A stretch of 38,623 nt of DNA from positions 1-38,623 of IMG/VR virus record IMGVR_UViG_3300033407_000061, one strand, 5' to 3'. The notes below the pieces were generated by a model. The model worked only from the letters and a program-made list of their open reading frames with translations. It was not told the DNA's origin and did no database searches. The DNA is from a virus. Its lineage: Duplodnaviria > Caudoviricetes. This document shows, in pieces, positions 37,327-38,623 of this stretch; within the stretch, counting starts at the first letter, position 1, and every line of letters starts with the position of its first letter. The translations under genes were made by a program, and so were the position numbers.

Positions 37327-37615
37327 TCTTGACGGCGACGGCTCAGGCGACGGCTCAGGCGACGGCGACGGCTCCGGCTCCGGCTACAGCACAGGATATA
37401 GCACAGGATATAGCGTAGGCTACGGCGACGGCCACAGCAACGGCGCAGGCGATCTTCCGGGCTCTGGCTCTGGCTCTGGCTACGGCAATAGCGCGGGCGA
37501 CGGCTTCGGCGATGGCTATGGCGCGGGAGACGGAAACGGCTTCGGCTACAGCGCGGGCGACGGCGATGGCAACGGCTTAAACTACGGTGGTCAAATACTC
37601 CTAGGACAAGGCTAG
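37319..37615 (+). CDS. Gly-rich repeat protein, array unit 1
   Basis: MLNLDGDGSG...; C-terminal QILLGQG and the stop are supplied by MITE-B. Confidence 0.55.
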   Translation: MLNLDGDGSGDGSGDGDGSGSGYSTGYSTGYSVGYGDGHSNGAGDLPGSGSGSGYGNSAGDGFGDGYGAGDGNGFGYSAGDGDGNGLNYGGQILLGQG

Positions 37616-37699
37616 TGGTTTAGTAAAGACGAACAAAACTTTAAGGAGCGGGAATTCCCCCACCGGTACAAGACCGGTGGCAACACTCTTCCCGACAAC
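37590..37699 (-). mobile_element. Full MITE-B (110 bp)
   Basis: GTCAAATACTCC...GACAAC followed by ATAATG. Confidence 0.8.
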
Positions 37700-37702
37700 A
37701 TA

Positions 37703-37951
37703 ATGCTTAATTTTGACGGCTGCGACTATGGCTCTGGATACGGATCCGGCGACGGCTCCGGCTGCGTCTCTGGCTCTGGCTCCGGCGACAGCAACAGCAA
37801 CGGCTACGGCTACGGCTCGGGCGATGGCTATGGCGATGGCTCTGGCGATCTCCCGGGCTCTGGCGACGGCTCCGGCTCTGGCTCTGGCTCTGGCTCCGGC
37901 TCCGGCTCTGGATACGGCTACGGCTCCGGCTCTGGCTCTGGCTCTGGCTAA
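37703..37951 (+). CDS. Gly-rich repeat protein, array unit 2
   Basis: MLNFDGCDYGSG...; early TAA where the repeat pattern predicts TAC. Confidence 0.5.
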   Translation: MLNFDGCDYGSGYGSGDGSGCVSGSGSGDSNSNGYGYGSGDGYGDGSGDLPGSGDGSGSGSGSGSGSGSGYGYGSGSGSGSG

Positions 37952-37961
37952 GGCTCCGGCA

Positions 37962-38071
37962 ATCAAATACTCCTAGCACAAGGCTAGGGGTATTGTGAAG
38001 ACGAACAAAACTTTAAGGAGCGGGAATTCCCCCACCGGTACAAGACCGGTGGCAACATTCTTCCCGACAAC
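37962..38071 (-). mobile_element. Full MITE-B (110 bp)
   Basis: ATCAAATACTCCTAGCACAAGGCTAGGGG...GACAAC followed by ATAATG. Confidence 0.8.
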
Positions 38072-38074
38072 ATA

Positions 38075-38377
38075 ATGCTTAATTTTGACGGATACGGCTC
38101 CGGCTCACGCTACGGCTCTGGCTACGGCTACGGCTACGGCGACGGCGACGGCTCTGGAGACGGCTACGACTACGGCTCTGGCTCCGGCTCCGGCTCTGGA
38201 TACGGCTACGGCTCTGGAAACGGCTCTGGCTACGCCGACAACAACGGCTCCGGCTCACGCTACGGCTCTGGCTACGGCTCGGGCGATCTCCCGGGCTCGG
38301 GCGCTGGCGAAGACGACGGCGACGGATACGGCTTCGGCTCCGGCGACGGCAATCAAATACTCCTAACACAAGGCTAA
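38075..38377 (+). CDS. Gly-rich repeat protein, array unit 3
   Basis: MLNFDGYGSG...NQILLTQG. Confidence 0.55.
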   Translation: MLNFDGYGSGSRYGSGYGYGYGDGDGSGDGYDYGSGSGSGSGYGYGSGNGSGYADNNGSGSRYGSGYGSGDLPGSGAGEDDGDGYGFGSGDGNQILLTQG

Positions 38378-38401
38378 AGCCTTGTGCTGTGGGTCATTGA
38401 C
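38352..38401. mobile_element. Chimeric MITE-B end fused back-to-back with a MITE-A right end
   Basis: ATCAAATACTCCTAACACAAGGCT-A-AAGCCTTGTGCTGTGGGTCATTGAC. Confidence 0.65.
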
Positions 38402-38414
38402 CCTGTACTGGTTC

Positions 38415-38497
38415 TTACGGCTGTGGATTGTTCTTTTGAACATACTCTTCAAGCGCCTTCATCACACCATTTTGGAATCTTTTTAAGATTTCTTTGT
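38415..38497 (-). pseudogene. Probable C-terminal fragment of the gene starting at 205
   Basis: KEILKRFQNGVMKALEEYVQKNNPQP* flanks the other side of the same MITE-A. Confidence 0.45.
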
Positions 38498-38623
38498 GAA
38501 ATTGACACGAGAAAACCTTTAGCATTGTGCTAAAGGATGAATCGTGCTGTAATTTCTCTTCAACTCCGAGGCTGGCATCCCAATATGGGAAAGCGGAAAG
38601 CCTAAGACGAGTTGTTCCCGATA
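38498..38623 (+). mobile_element. Left half of MITE-A, cut by the window end
   Basis: TTGT, then GAAATTGACACGAGAAAACC...; with 1-115 it covers 241 of 297 nt. Confidence 0.85.

Noticed and set aside
37601-38369. Ala-Thr and Ser-Arg repeat ORFs in alternative frames (also 24162-24425)
   Set aside because: Shadow frames of GGC-xxx repeats; only the Gly frame has a conserved start and SD
37590-38377. CRISPR array interpretation of the repeat/variable-unit pattern
   Set aside because: The repeats are about 110 bp, the intervening units are about 260-280 bp paralogous ORFs, and there are no cas genes
1-38623. tRNA or rRNA genes, alternative genetic code
   Set aside because: No cloverleaf or rRNA-like segment noticed by eye; the long ORFs are intact under the standard code

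Overview
The window looks like a near-complete ~38.7 kb tailed-phage genome with a podovirus-like layout. It is probably circular: both ends lie inside the same 297-bp repeat (56 nt missing), and gene order runs portal -> scaffold -> capsid across the junction. Modules: scaffold; N4-gp56-like major capsid gene split by a group I intron carrying a LAGLIDADG ORF; adaptor, nozzle and ejection proteins; three tail fibres; a leftward Bet/YqaJ recombination operon; Cro-like and O-like replication genes with iterons; ParB-N; TerS; a PBSX-type TerL; and portal. No integrase, lysis cassette, polymerase, TnpA or TnpB was recognised. Most notable: (1) the TerL intein has no in-frame endonuclease, but a complete HNH gene is overprinted in another frame inside it; (2) two families of non-autonomous IS200/IS605-type elements are scattered through the genome. 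One is 297 bp with a TnpB-reRNA-like right end. The other is about 110 bp, sits immediately upstream of start codons and carries a Shine-Dalgarno separated from the ATG by a hairpin; (3) a tandem array of Gly-Ser-Tyr-Asp repeat ORFs is punctuated by that second element. All protein calls come from motif recognition by eye; no database searches were run.
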